DNA of 64,000 nucleotides, taken from the sequence record MN850577.1; one strand, 5' to 3'. Shown here piece by piece: positions 45,063 through 55,074 of this stretch (its first letter is position 1; each line of letters begins with the position of its first letter). The position numbers were made by a program, and so were the translations under genes. The notes under the pieces were generated by a model. That model searched no databases and was not told the DNA's origin. It worked only from the letters and a program-made list of their open reading frames with translations. Origin of the DNA: Escherichia phage heid.

Positions 45063-47207
45063 TTACATAGAAACCCTATCCTTAATTTCTGCCATCTTAG
45101 CGTCATTCATTCGAGACTGACCTTTAATTTTTGTGAATGACAAGTACCCGCACACCCTGTTAATCACAGAGATATCATGTGAATGGCAAACCTCACATTC
45201 TTCAACATCAGCCTTTGGTCTGTTACCACAATGTTCACAGATTGCTAAGTCAAAGTTAAGCCCCTGATAGAAACCTTTCAACATCCCTCTTGTAATACAA
45301 CTTTTAAGTGCTGTTAAGTTTTCTGGGTTAGCTACCCTTACATACTGGATTCTACCACCTCTACAGATATGGAAGAATGGCTCTTCTAAGTCCTGCTTCT
45401 CAAATGGTGAGATGTCTGCTGCAACATTCATATGGAAACTGTTTGTAAAGTATTCCTTGTCAGAGACACCTTTAATAACGCCAAACATATCTCTGAACTG
45501 TTTTAACTGAGTTCCACAAAGTGATTCTGCTGGAGTGCCATATACCGCATACAAGAAGCCATCTTCGTTCTTAAACTCTTCAGTTTTCATGTTAATGTAT
45601 GCCAGAACATCATATGCAAAACTACAGCTTCCAACTTCATGGAGTCGTTTACCTTCAGCAAGAACAGATAGCTCATCAAGCGCAGTAACCCCAAAAGAAG
45701 CTGTGAAGGACTTCACGATATCCCAGCCAACCTTGTCAGTAGGTTTCTTATTCCCTTTGTACAGACCACCCTGTGTGAATGCAAGAGGGTTAGAGCTTGC
45801 TGGCATGTTAGCAATCATTTCGTAGCGTTTCTTGTGGAAGCTGCGAATCATCTCTAGGTACTTATCAAGCTCTTTCCAGAAATCTAAACCATTCTCTTTA
45901 GAATACTGGTAAATCATTGGCAAGTTCAAAGATACAGCACCAATGTTAGCACGACCAACATAGAACTCTTCTCCATTCTCGTTAAGATATGGAGATAAGA
46001 AAGCTCTGCAACCCATCGGTGAAATCACCTTACCAGAACGCTTAAAAGCATCTGCTACAGCACCATGACCAGATACACTTAAGAAATCTGGATACATCGC
46101 TTTAGAGCAACACTCAATAGCTTTTTCAAACAACCTTGCTTGGCATACATCAAGTTTATGTCTTGTCTCTTCATAGATATACACAAGTTTAGGAAACACA
46201 ACAGGTTTTTTGCTTTTTCCTTGCCCGTTCATCCTTACATTAAGGATTGTATTGGCAATCATAAACTGAAGACGGTTATCTTCATTGTGCATATCTGGTT
46301 CCAACAGGCCAAATGTCAGAGTAGTAAATGCAAAATCACCGCGACTGCAAGGAACAGTGTTAAGTTTCATTTCAAGAGATTGGAAACCTTGTGTTAACTC
46401 ATTCTGTAATTGCTCCATTACGTAATTATAGTGTTGCTCTTTAGGTATTCCGTACTCTTCAGCTTTCTCTGAGTGGTACACTAAAGATTTTTTAGCATAC
46501 GGTACAAGTACCTTATCAATCTCTGCTAAAGTAAAGCCACCAAATTGCTGTGCAGTTGCTGAAAGAACTACATCGCCAATAACCTGTAAGGCTGACAGCA
46601 CAGACTTTGGTTCACAGTATTCGATACCAGACATTTCAAAGCCACCTTTCAGTACTTTACCGATGTCAAACAGGCAACAGTTGATACCACCAAAAATTAG
46701 GTCTCTTAAATCATGGATGTAGATAAACCCTTTTTCAATGGCTTCAAGTTCCTCTGGTGTTAAATGGTACTGTTTAAAGATTTCTTTAGTCAAGTAACCA
46801 CGAATAATTGAGCCTTTTGTAGAAATTAAACTGCTGTCAAAGTTAGCATTTTCACGGTCACCTAAGAAGAGTGTATCTCTAGTCTTTTGGTAAAGCTCAT
46901 CCCAATTTTGAGCAACCTCTTTACGGTAATTTCTATATGTTGAGTAAGACTCATAAATCTCGTGATTGACTTCTGCCAAAGCACCCTCAACAATACTGTG
47001 AATATCATTTACCGAAATTAGCAAATTATTCTGCTTAGTGGACTTTACCAGAATCCTCATAAATGCTGACTCAAGAGCTTGAGTAACATCTGGTGGAAGC
47101 TCTTTATAACCAACTCTGTTAGCTGACTTTGTGACTGCTGCTAAAACTTTTTTGATATCAGGTTCTTCAAGTGAGCCATTCTTTTTAATAATCTGTACTT
47201 TGTTCAT
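45063..47207 (-). CDS. nrdD: anaerobic (class III) ribonucleoside-triphosphate reductase
   Basis: 714 aa; C-terminal zinc ribbon (CEHCGN...CEVCHS) and glycyl-radical motif (RVCGYLS). Confidence 0.75.
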   Translation of the reverse strand: MNKVQIIKKNGSLEEPDIKKVLAAVTKSANRVGYKELPPDVTQALESAFMRILVKSTKQNNLLISVNDIHSIVEGALAEVNHEIYESYSTYRNYRKEVAQNWDELYQKTRDTLFLGDRENANFDSSLISTKGSIIRGYLTKEIFKQYHLTPEELEAIEKGFIYIHDLRDLIFGGINCCLFDIGKVLKGGFEMSGIEYCEPKSVLSALQVIGDVVLSATAQQFGGFTLAEIDKVLVPYAKKSLVYHSEKAEEYGIPKEQHYNYVMEQLQNELTQGFQSLEMKLNTVPCSRGDFAFTTLTFGLLEPDMHNEDNRLQFMIANTILNVRMNGQGKSKKPVVFPKLVYIYEETRHKLDVCQARLFEKAIECCSKAMYPDFLSVSGHGAVADAFKRSGKVISPMGCRAFLSPYLNENGEEFYVGRANIGAVSLNLPMIYQYSKENGLDFWKELDKYLEMIRSFHKKRYEMIANMPASSNPLAFTQGGLYKGNKKPTDKVGWDIVKSFTASFGVTALDELSVLAEGKRLHEVGSCSFAYDVLAYINMKTEEFKNEDGFLYAVYGTPAESLCGTQLKQFRDMFGVIKGVSDKEYFTNSFHMNVAADISPFEKQDLEEPFFHICRGGRIQYVRVANPENLTALKSCITRGMLKGFYQGLNFDLAICEHCGNRPKADVEECEVCHSHDISVINRVCGYLSFTKIKGQSRMNDAKMAEIKDRVSM

Positions 47208-47227
47208 TATTGCCCCTTTACATGCTA

Positions 47228-47250
47228 AAAAGGTCTCCGAAGAGACCCTT
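47228..47250 (-). terminator. intrinsic terminator upstream of nrdD
   Basis: Minus strand GGGTCTC-TTCG-GAGACC followed by TTTTTAGC. Confidence 0.55.
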
Positions 47251-47255
47251 TCATT

Positions 47256-47462
47256 TTAAATCTTTTTAGAAAACTTCGCAAAGATTTCTCTTAGTTTTTC
47301 AGTGATGCCTAGCTGTATCTCTAATATTTCGAAGATAACCCATAGTAACATGGCTCCAAACAATGAACCTTGTTCAAAGTCAGTAAATAGGTTAACAATA
47401 AGCATACCAATCACAATAGCTGGTGCATCAACAACCAAACCTTCCCAAATGCGTTTAAGCAT
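47256..47462 (-). CDS. small membrane protein
   Basis: 68 aa with hydrophobic helices. Confidence 0.35.
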   Translation of the reverse strand: MLKRIWEGLVVDAPAIVIGMLIVNLFTDFEQGSLFGAMLLWVIFEILEIQLGITEKLREIFAKFSKKI

Positions 47463-47697
47463 TATTCACCTCTGCCATAAAATTCTGTAGCGTCCCAACA
47501 GGTTTTAGGTTTTGTCCATCGGTTTTCATGATGAATGGCATCTGACGAACTGGCATCTGTGCAATATCCATCAGGTCTGACAGTTCATAATCCTGCCCTA
47601 ACATTCTCACAACATGGTCAATACCACGAGCTTTTGCAAAATTCTTTGCAGTCTCACACTGAGGGCATCCAGTTTTGGAGTAAATTATATAAGTCAT
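47455..47697 (-). CDS. glutaredoxin/NrdH-like redoxin
   Basis: 80 aa; CPQC active-site motif near the N-terminus (YSKTGCPQCETAK). Confidence 0.7.
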   Translation of the reverse strand: MTYIIYSKTGCPQCETAKNFAKARGIDHVVRMLGQDYELSDLMDIAQMPVRQMPFIMKTDGQNLKPVGTLQNFMAEVNNA

Positions 47698-48770
47698 TAA
47701 GGAACCTCTAAAAATCCACTATTCAAATCATCTACAACAGTATTCAACAGGTACGCACCGTTCTGTTGCTCCTGATTAGCATTCTGCTCTTTATCAATTT
47801 CCATCTTCTTAATCATGTACTTCAAAGGTGGTTCTTTGGGAGCTACAAAATCTCTTGGAATGCCAAACATATCATACAGTGGGGCAGCATTATAGTAAAC
47901 CCACTCATGAAGAAGCTTTGTATTTAAGCCAACTACAGCACGTCCTTCGGAGAAGATATAATACGACCATTTCTCTTCACTTTCAACTACTTCATCTAAG
48001 ATTACTTTAATCTCTGGAAGAATCTGTTGAAAAGCTTTCTGCCACTCATCATCTCTTAAAGTTTCTTTTAAAACTTCAATATCAATTTTAGTGTGAAGGA
48101 TTTCGTCAAGCATAATCTTCTGGACAGCTTGAGCAATACCCTGAAATTTATCTTGAGCATCAAGTGCAAAGGTACATGCAAAGGATGCCATAAAAGATAT
48201 ACCTTCAAGTGCAGTCACTGCAAACAGACCTTTTAGAATCACTTTATGGAAGTGTAAAGGGTCTTTGTCCAGAAGTGAATCACGTACATAACTCAGTCGG
48301 TAGTTTATCCCTTCATCCAATAATTCTTCAAGAACACGATTCACAGTTTTTAATCGGTCTTGCACAGCAACATTCTGGTTAATCTCATCTAAGATTGTTT
48401 CAGGGTTTTTAATACATTGCCTTACAATCTCTGAGTAAGTAAGAGCATGTAGGTTTTCAATCTCAGACTGCTTCATAATTGCAGTTGCATATATGTCATC
48501 AGAGATAAAAGGTGCAAAGGCAAATGCCAAGCTCTTAGCAACTTGAGTGTCTGCTTCCCATTGCCACTTAAGAATCTCAAGCATTACACCTGACATTGAT
48601 GCTGGGACACTCTCAAAATCAAGACGTGATTGTTCAAAAGGGAACTCATCTTCTGACCAATCTTGTGCTTTTTGTTGTTTATAAAGTTCAAAGATTTTTG
48701 GGTAGTGCTTATTGAGTGAGTCAAAAGTTTTTCTCTCACCACCTAAAAAGATTGGGTGCTGGTTAATCAT
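47697..48770 (-). CDS. nrdB: ribonucleotide reductase small subunit (class Ia beta)
   Basis: Start set to the ATG at 48770 (MINQHPIF...) with RBS AAGGAGA 8 nt upstream; di-iron-type helical protein of typical size, adjacent to nrdA. Confidence 0.7.
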   Translation of the reverse strand: MINQHPIFLGGERKTFDSLNKHYPKIFELYKQQKAQDWSEDEFPFEQSRLDFESVPASMSGVMLEILKWQWEADTQVAKSLAFAFAPFISDDIYATAIMKQSEIENLHALTYSEIVRQCIKNPETILDEINQNVAVQDRLKTVNRVLEELLDEGINYRLSYVRDSLLDKDPLHFHKVILKGLFAVTALEGISFMASFACTFALDAQDKFQGIAQAVQKIMLDEILHTKIDIEVLKETLRDDEWQKAFQQILPEIKVILDEVVESEEKWSYYIFSEGRAVVGLNTKLLHEWVYYNAAPLYDMFGIPRDFVAPKEPPLKYMIKKMEIDKEQNANQEQQNGAYLLNTVVDDLNSGFLEVP

Positions 48771-49024
48771 AGTGTGATTTCTCCTTTCTTTATCATTTCT
48801 GAGGCTTGTTTTCTGTCTAAAACTTCCCAATTTTCTTTGTTAAACATCTCATAAGGTCTTGCATAGATTTTACCATCTACTGTGGAGATGTAAGAGATAC
48901 CAGCAACCCATGAGTCATCCTTTTGTTTTATCATCATATCTGTGCTACTCACATAGTACATCGTTTTCCGAGGCTTGTGGAGCAAGTATATAGGTCGCTC
49001 ATGTTTTTCTATTAAATCTTTCAT
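48767..49024 (-). CDS. hypothetical small protein between nrdA and nrdB
   Basis: Likely start MKDLIEKHE at 49024; stop overlaps the nrdB start (ATGA). Confidence 0.4.
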   Translation of the reverse strand: MKDLIEKHERPIYLLHKPRKTMYYVSSTDMMIKQKDDSWVAGISYISTVDGKIYARPYEMFNKENWEVLDRKQASEMIKKGEITL

Positions 49025-49079
49025 GGTCTCTCCAAAGTTATTTTTAGAGGGTCTTTTACGACCCTCATAGTTATTAAAA

Positions 49080-51314
49080 CTAAACACCACAACCCTCGCA
49101 ATAAGCATCTTGCAGTGCAGATTTACCTACACCAATGCGACTGTTAAGGTAGTACATGGTTTTCATACCAACTGAGTTGGCATAAATCATGTACTTCAAA
49201 GCTTGAGCCAATGATACCTTCTTAGACTTTGCATAGTCAACATAGAAGTCTGAAGAAATAGCTTGACCAGTGAACTTTTGAACAATTGCATAACAATCAA
49301 TCATATCAAAGGTGTCAATATCCCAAGCAATTTCATAAACATACTTCAACTCTTCATAATCTGGAACAATAAACAGTACGTTACCAGTTGCAGATTTTTT
49401 AGTTAAAATAAAGTCACGAATTGGGTACAAGCCATTTGTCGTATTAGTTGCTAGTGAAGAACTCTCATTAGGCATGTAAGCTTCTAATACAGAGTTTCGG
49501 ATTCCACCATTCTCTTTGATACGTTGTGCTAAGTCATCCCAATCATATCTTAGTTTTGCATCATGCTTTTCATCAATCTTCTTGTTAGCTGTCTTTGGAG
49601 GAACCCAGCCTTCAGGATACTTAGTGAACTTCATGTACTCTGGAACACCACGCTCTTTAGCAAGTCTCAGAGAGGCTTCATGCAGATAGTAAGAGTGCAT
49701 TTCAGCAAGCTCATGAAGCTTCGTTTTACCTGCTCGTGAAGAGTAGTTCACGTAGTTCTTCGCAAGGTAATGAGCCACATTTGTAAGGCCAATCCCAACA
49801 GAACGACGCTTCTGAACATGGTTACGCATCGACGGATACGGATAATCCATAAGGTCAATAACGGAGTCAACCATTGCAAGAGCATAATAAGCAACGTCAG
49901 CGTATTCATCTTCTGAAATTCTCCCTGCAACCAAACTAGCTAGGAAGCAAAGAGCCACCTCACCATCCTCTTTCACAGCATCATCTCTGTAAAGGTCTGT
50001 CTCTTTCTCAAAACCATACACTGGCAACACAATTTCCATACAAAGATTTGACATCTTCAATGACTCTTTAAATGGTGTATGCGTGTTTGCATTGTTAGTG
50101 AAGAATGGATACACACGACCTGTAGCATAACGCTGTTGAATAAACAGCTTAGCAATTTCACGAGCCTTTACTCGTCTGTGCTTAACTCCTGAATGTACTG
50201 CGTGACCAACTGCCATAGCAAACTCATCAGCAGATGCTGTGTAGAACATGTCATAGAGTTTTGGTGCATCTTTGTAAGAGAATAGCAACCAATCTGTATC
50301 ATACTGAACACACTGCCAGAAATAATCGTTTGTGCCGAATGAGTAGTCCATCTCATTAATACGTTTAGAAGGAACCGTTGTAGGGTGCTTCAAACGCAGT
50401 AAATCTTCAATCTGCGGGTCTAGAGCAGTGTAGAAGTTATTAGCTGAACCACCACGACTCTTCTGTTTGTTTGCCTCTACAGATGAACGTACAAGCTTAT
50501 AATAAGGCAGCTTACCCATGTGTTCAATAGTATTTTGACGGATGCCATCACCAATAGTGCGAGTCTCCATCAGCATCCCAATGCCAGCTTGCTTTGTGGT
50601 CATGTCATAGGCAACCTTTGCAGCAATACCTAGAGATTCAGCAGTATCATTCGCCTTAATCAAACAGCATGACGCATAACCTGATTTAGTAGCTCTTAAA
50701 CCATTTAAATAAGGCGTAGGAGCATTAATCTTCAGGTCAGATAGGTAAGTGTACAGCTTGATAACATCTTGCAGTCTACGGTGCTTTGGTTGCTTCTCAA
50801 AGGCTTTCATAGCCATACCCATAAACATAAATTGTGGTGACTCAAAAAGTCTTCCTGTTTTAATATCACGGATACCATACTTGTCTCTGAACTGTTTCAA
50901 GACTGCATAACCGTAAGAGATATCTTTTGAGTGTACGATGTAACCTTGCAGGTATTCAAGCTCTTCCTGTGAATAATCCATCTTCTCCCAAAGTCCTGCT
51001 CTCTCCATATTTTTAACGAAGGTAACCAGCGTAGGAACCTTAGTAAAGCCTCCAAAGGCTTCTTTGTAGATAATACCCAAAAGCAGTCGTCCTGCCATAT
51101 CTGAGTACTCTTGAGTTTGTTTATCAACACAAACATCAATCATGGCTTGGTGCATCTCTTTTGTAGTGCAACCCTCATAGACACGTTTCATGGCTTCCAT
51201 AGTGACTTCTGACCAGATAATCCCACGTTTATCTGCCCATGATGCCCACTTATTCAGTCTTTCTGGGTCAAAGCTTACTACTGTACCGTTTGATTTTTTA
51301 ATTGTCTTAATCAT
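49080..51314 (-). CDS. nrdA: ribonucleotide reductase large subunit (class Ia alpha)
   Basis: 744 aa; N-terminal ATP-cone-like region, large catalytic body, C-terminal cysteine pair (CEGCGV); adjacent nrdB and glutaredoxin. Confidence 0.75.
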   Translation of the reverse strand: MIKTIKKSNGTVVSFDPERLNKWASWADKRGIIWSEVTMEAMKRVYEGCTTKEMHQAMIDVCVDKQTQEYSDMAGRLLLGIIYKEAFGGFTKVPTLVTFVKNMERAGLWEKMDYSQEELEYLQGYIVHSKDISYGYAVLKQFRDKYGIRDIKTGRLFESPQFMFMGMAMKAFEKQPKHRRLQDVIKLYTYLSDLKINAPTPYLNGLRATKSGYASCCLIKANDTAESLGIAAKVAYDMTTKQAGIGMLMETRTIGDGIRQNTIEHMGKLPYYKLVRSSVEANKQKSRGGSANNFYTALDPQIEDLLRLKHPTTVPSKRINEMDYSFGTNDYFWQCVQYDTDWLLFSYKDAPKLYDMFYTASADEFAMAVGHAVHSGVKHRRVKAREIAKLFIQQRYATGRVYPFFTNNANTHTPFKESLKMSNLCMEIVLPVYGFEKETDLYRDDAVKEDGEVALCFLASLVAGRISEDEYADVAYYALAMVDSVIDLMDYPYPSMRNHVQKRRSVGIGLTNVAHYLAKNYVNYSSRAGKTKLHELAEMHSYYLHEASLRLAKERGVPEYMKFTKYPEGWVPPKTANKKIDEKHDAKLRYDWDDLAQRIKENGGIRNSVLEAYMPNESSSLATNTTNGLYPIRDFILTKKSATGNVLFIVPDYEELKYVYEIAWDIDTFDMIDCYAIVQKFTGQAISSDFYVDYAKSKKVSLAQALKYMIYANSVGMKTMYYLNSRIGVGKSALQDAYCEGCGV

Positions 51315-51332
51315 TTTTGAATCCTACAGATG

Positions 51333-51356
51333 AAAAGAGCCTCCGAAGAGGCTCCA
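51333..51356 (-). terminator. intrinsic terminator upstream of nrdA
   Basis: Minus strand GGAGCCTC-TTCG-GAGGCTC followed by TTTTCATC. Confidence 0.55.
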
Positions 51357-51360
51357 TAGT

Positions 51361-51696
51361 TTAAATCTTGAAAATTTGCTCATTCTGCCACATATCGTAA
51401 AACTTATCACTTACTTTTGTGACTGACGAGGTGTGCATACAATTTAGGAACCATGATGGTGCGCTAGCATCCATAATTGTTTCAAGTTTTTGTGTAACGT
51501 TCACATCCATGTCTGCAACAACGTAATTACCTCTCATCTTGCAAACAATTCTTCCAAACAAGATTGCACTTCTACCTCTTCGGTCATCACAGTACATGAC
51601 TGTGTCTCCGTGCTTAACATCTTGTCCGATACTATCAACACCTAACTTAGCACCTGAGATAATGTCATCATAAGATAGCTTTTTTGCTTTAGACAC
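51361..51696 (-). CDS. hypothetical protein
   Basis: 111 aa ORF. Confidence 0.4.
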   Translation of the reverse strand: MSKAKKLSYDDIISGAKLGVDSIGQDVKHGDTVMYCDDRRGRSAILFGRIVCKMRGNYVVADMDVNVTQKLETIMDASAPSWFLNCMHTSSVTKVSDKFYDMWQNEQIFKI

Positions 51697-52021
51697 GGTA
51701 TTTCTCCAAGTTTCTTTTCAGATACAACCAGCCATAGTCAGTCCTTTCTACGCCCATAAAGAGTGGAGCCATCACAACTTTACCAAAAGTGTTTCTGTGT
51801 TGGCAGATTTCAAAAGAATACTCTTTCTCAATATCAATACCGTATTTGTACAGGACTGCTTTTAAAACTTGTTCATTGTCCAGAAGTGTATCTGGAGTCT
51901 CACCATATTTTTCTAGTAACGGGTCATTCATAAACACCGTCATAGAAATATTGTAGTTTGAGAAGTGGCTCAGAAGAGCCACACCCTCTTTATTAATGTT
52001 CTGTGAATCCATTATAACCAA
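51689..52021 (-). CDS. hypothetical protein
   Basis: 110 aa ORF, overlap-coupled. Confidence 0.4.
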   Translation of the reverse strand: MVIMDSQNINKEGVALLSHFSNYNISMTVFMNDPLLEKYGETPDTLLDNEQVLKAVLYKYGIDIEKEYSFEICQHRNTFGKVVMAPLFMGVERTDYGWLYLKRNLEKYRV

Positions 52022-52748
52022 CCCCTTTTAACCAGCACTTCAGGTTATTAGCATCATAATTCAGTTTCGGGTATGAGGTTACATGGAACTGCTCACCATC
52101 ATAGTAGACAATATCTGCAATCCATAGTCCGTTCTCTTTACAGAAGTCTTTATCTGCTTTAGAGGTAATTGGATTAACTTCTACAAAACCATCTACACCC
52201 AAATCCTTTAAGCTACCTACAATACCTTTGCAGATAACGCATGTCTCAGATACTACCACAAAAAGTTCTTGGCTTTCAAGTTCTACAATGTATTCACCAA
52301 GCTGTACTTTAGGGAGATTTGATTGCTTCATAATCTTCCCATCGGCTGCACGAACAATAGCATACCACTCTTTACCATCAACTACTGACATTCTGATAAT
52401 ACACTCTTGACCAGTACGCTTTTCAATGTCTGCAAGACGTTTTAAAGCTTCTTCATAGTTATCTGTGTACTTCAGGTCATTATTATGGCAAACAGCTTTC
52501 ATAGCACCGTTATGGTCATGTTGTGACAGATAAATCAAACCGTCAAGAACATATTGCAAATCTGCCTGAGCATCCAGTGTCTCAATGGGGTCTTTCTCTT
52601 CAATTGCTTTTACAAGCTCTTTTGCTTCTTCAAGCATACACAGAGATTGAGATTTTAAAGATTCCCAATACTCATCACTGTAAGGTTGCTTTTGAGTGTT
52701 TCCACAACGAAGGTTCCAGTTTTTTACTGATTCTCTTGAGTTAAACAT
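51993..52748 (-). CDS. MazG-like nucleotide pyrophosphohydrolase candidate (N-terminal domain) with C-terminal extension
   Basis: 251 aa; LEEAKELVKAIEEKD...LDAQADLQYVLDG resembles the E-E-x-x-E...D metal-binding helix pair of MazG/all-alpha NTP-PPases. Confidence 0.3.
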   Translation of the reverse strand: MFNSRESVKNWNLRCGNTQKQPYSDEYWESLKSQSLCMLEEAKELVKAIEEKDPIETLDAQADLQYVLDGLIYLSQHDHNGAMKAVCHNNDLKYTDNYEEALKRLADIEKRTGQECIIRMSVVDGKEWYAIVRAADGKIMKQSNLPKVQLGEYIVELESQELFVVVSETCVICKGIVGSLKDLGVDGFVEVNPITSKADKDFCKENGLWIADIVYYDGEQFHVTSYPKLNYDANNLKCWLKGVGYNGFTEH

Positions 52749-52987
52749 TCGGACTCCTTAAAATATTTGTTAACCTTTAGCTCTCGTGTTTCAATATATT
52801 CTAGATGTTCACGTAGCTCTTGACGTTTAAGCATTAGGTGCTGCATTTGAGACTCAACAGCTTCAACTTCTTTAATTATTGACTCTCTAGCATTTGCAAG
52901 GATGCGCTCAAGTTCTTCAATCTTGCTGTCAACTTTTGCTACATGACTCACAGCTTTACTTTTGTTAAACATTTTATTCTCTCTCAA
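52724..52987 (-). CDS. small coiled-coil protein
   Basis: 87 aa, heptad-rich. Confidence 0.35.
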   Translation of the reverse strand: MRENKMFNKSKAVSHVAKVDSKIEELERILANARESIIKEVEAVESQMQHLMLKRQELREHLEYIETRELKVNKYFKESECLTQENQ

Positions 52988-52993
52988 TAGTTA

Positions 52994-53491
52994 TCAAGCA
53001 CAATTTGCTTTCATTACCTTATGGATTCTTTTTTCAGCATCTTCATAAGTTTCTTTAGTGATAAACTTAATTGCTGCAATATTGGCATTGTAGAAGAGTC
53101 TGAGCTTAGAGTCAATCCTTTTTGTCATTACATCGAATTTATGTTGAAGGTTTGCTTCACCATAGACTAGGCCACCTTTTGTGTAGTAGGTCTGAATAAT
53201 GTAAAAGTCAAAAAATTCTTTTCCAAAACTCTCAATATCTTTTTTAATATACTCAGAAGAAGTCTCATAAGTCATCCAATCACTTTCCTTAGTGACTATC
53301 TTCTTCCGAGTCTTCCCAGCAACTTTTCTTTTGGTCACACTGTTAAACTGTTTCTTTCCGATATAATATTGTCCAGTCTTCTTACAGTGCACTAAATAGA
53401 CAAAGCCAAAATGTTTAGTGGGGTCAACTTCCCCACATAAAGATACCCAATGACCGTAGGTAGGGCAATTGCCAAATCCTTTAATCTTCAT
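52994..53491 (-). CDS. GIY-YIG-like domain protein (possible homing endonuclease)
   Basis: 165 aa; FGFVYLVHCKKTGQYYIGKK resembles the GIY...YIG core. Confidence 0.35.
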   Translation of the reverse strand: MKIKGFGNCPTYGHWVSLCGEVDPTKHFGFVYLVHCKKTGQYYIGKKQFNSVTKRKVAGKTRKKIVTKESDWMTYETSSEYIKKDIESFGKEFFDFYIIQTYYTKGGLVYGEANLQHKFDVMTKRIDSKLRLFYNANIAAIKFITKETYEDAEKRIHKVMKANCA

Positions 53492-54012
53492 TCATAAGCT
53501 TCTCCGTGATTTGAAAACTCTTTATGTAGTTCTTCTCTTTTCTTTGTGACTGCATCTTTGGCATCTTCAATACTGTCAAAATACCCCAGAAAGTGAGATA
53601 CTCCGTGTGTCATAACTCTGGCCTTCCATTTTTGGTTAGCCTTATAGAAAGATACACCCTTAACTCCAGATGTGTTGTTGGAGTGTGTTCTTCTATTCCA
53701 AGAGTTTTCAGCTTGTGTGCAAACCCTTAGATTTAATCTCCGATTATCATTAGTAATACCGTTTCGATGGTCTACTCTGTTAGGTAGGAAACCGTCTGTG
53801 TACAGGATTGCTAAATCATGAGCCATATAGGGTTTTCTTTTAATTTTTATCCTAATATAACCTCGCTTATGTGGTGTACCTGCAATGGAACCTATAACTG
53901 TTCTTTTAGCTGATTTCTTTATCCACGTAAAGACCCCTGTTTCGGGGTCATAGTGTAGATATTCTTTAAGTATCTGCTGAGTCAACATTTGGAGTCCAAC
54001 CATACTTTTCAA
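53488..54012 (-). CDS. HNH endonuclease with AP2-type DNA-binding domain (homing endonuclease)
   Basis: 174 aa; HNH core VDHRNGITNDNRRLNLRVCTQAEN, then AP2-like GVKGVSF...WKARV...HFLGYF; paralog of the ORF beginning at 63580. Confidence 0.6.
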   Translation of the reverse strand: MKSMVGLQMLTQQILKEYLHYDPETGVFTWIKKSAKRTVIGSIAGTPHKRGYIRIKIKRKPYMAHDLAILYTDGFLPNRVDHRNGITNDNRRLNLRVCTQAENSWNRRTHSNNTSGVKGVSFYKANQKWKARVMTHGVSHFLGYFDSIEDAKDAVTKKREELHKEFSNHGEAYE

Positions 54013-55012
54013 ATGAAAAAATATCTGATTTATTTCGCTCTTGATAAGCTAGGAAGAAATGCTGTTCCATTAACTCTAACGGCGTCTTTGTAACGGTCTG
54101 TCCATCCCATGACACATAGGTATAAGAGTCTTTTTTAGCATAAAGTTCATAGATAGCGTCAAGACACTCTTTGTAGGTCTCTTTACCCTCTAAAGCATTC
54201 ATCACAGCTACTTTACCAGCACCTTTTAGGCCGAAGTAGTTGTCTGCATTATCTCCAGCAACAGCCTGATAACACAAGAATTTAAAACCTACACCAACTG
54301 TTTTTGCAGCTTTTGGTTTTGATTTGATAGGGCAATCCCAGATATTACCAACATTATTATCAGCGATAAAAATTAGTGGTGATTTTTCATAAGTCATATC
54401 AATACAATAAGTCCCTTCAGCTTGTCGAAGGTCTTTGTCAATACTCATAAGAGCAGCTTTCTTACCCATCTTTTCAGCTTTAGCAATTACGATTGAATCG
54501 GCTTCGAAGCCTCCCCTTAAGAGTTTGAACTCTGGTCTTGACAGAAGATATTCACGACAAGCAACTAAGTGTGTTGGTGTGACAGCATCTTTACGGTTAC
54601 CTTGATATTGGTGCTCAAGACCTTTAATGTCTTTATGTTTATGCACACCTTTCTCTGTTAAGTAACCTACCCAAGTTCTCTCTTTACCAACAACCTTAAG
54701 CCATTCCTGAAGAACCTGTTGAGTAGCCATGATAGCTTCTTTTTCACTCTTAGCTTCTTTCCAAGTCTGTCTTTCCCATTCATCTTCATCAAATGTCAGG
54801 CCAAGTTCTTCCACAAGGATTCTCTGGTCTGCTAACCATCTTGCAGCATCTTTCGCATTATCAAATGGTTCAGATTCTTCTGCTGTGAGTTTATTGACAT
54901 ATTTATATTTTGCTTTCTCAACTACACAAGCACCTTTATAGGCAATACTGTCAGAGTCAATAAAAACATGTGTAACTGAATCGGGAAGTTTTGTTAATGT
55001 GTACTTCTCCAT
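53966..55012 (-). CDS. 5'-3' exonuclease, T7 gp6-like
   Basis: 348 aa; N-terminal HVFIDSDSIAYKGA parallels T7 gp6 ILVMDGDWLVFQA; internal SIDKDL and GDNADNYFGLKGAG parallel gp6 CDKDF and GDITDGYSGIAG (T7 sequence recalled from memory). Confidence 0.55.
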   Translation of the reverse strand: MEKYTLTKLPDSVTHVFIDSDSIAYKGACVVEKAKYKYVNKLTAEESEPFDNAKDAARWLADQRILVEELGLTFDEDEWERQTWKEAKSEKEAIMATQQVLQEWLKVVGKERTWVGYLTEKGVHKHKDIKGLEHQYQGNRKDAVTPTHLVACREYLLSRPEFKLLRGGFEADSIVIAKAEKMGKKAALMSIDKDLRQAEGTYCIDMTYEKSPLIFIADNNVGNIWDCPIKSKPKAAKTVGVGFKFLCYQAVAGDNADNYFGLKGAGKVAVMNALEGKETYKECLDAIYELYAKKDSYTYVSWDGQTVTKTPLELMEQHFFLAYQERNKSDIFSFEKYGWTPNVDSADT

Positions 55013-55022
55013 TATGGCTCTC

Positions 55023-55055
55023 CATATGAAAAAGCCCCATACTAAGTACAGGGCT
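55023..55055 (-). terminator. terminator-like hairpin after the SSB gene
   Basis: Minus strand AGCCC-TGTACTTAGTATG-GGGCT followed by TTTTTC. Confidence 0.4.
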
Positions 55056-55074
55056 TTAAAGTAACTTTTAGAGA

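Noticed and set aside
47697-48830. Annotated start of nrdB at 48830 (MGSFRQK...)
   Set aside because: The upstream 20 codons overlap the preceding small gene and lack an RBS; the ATG at 48770 has AAGGAGA at optimal spacing
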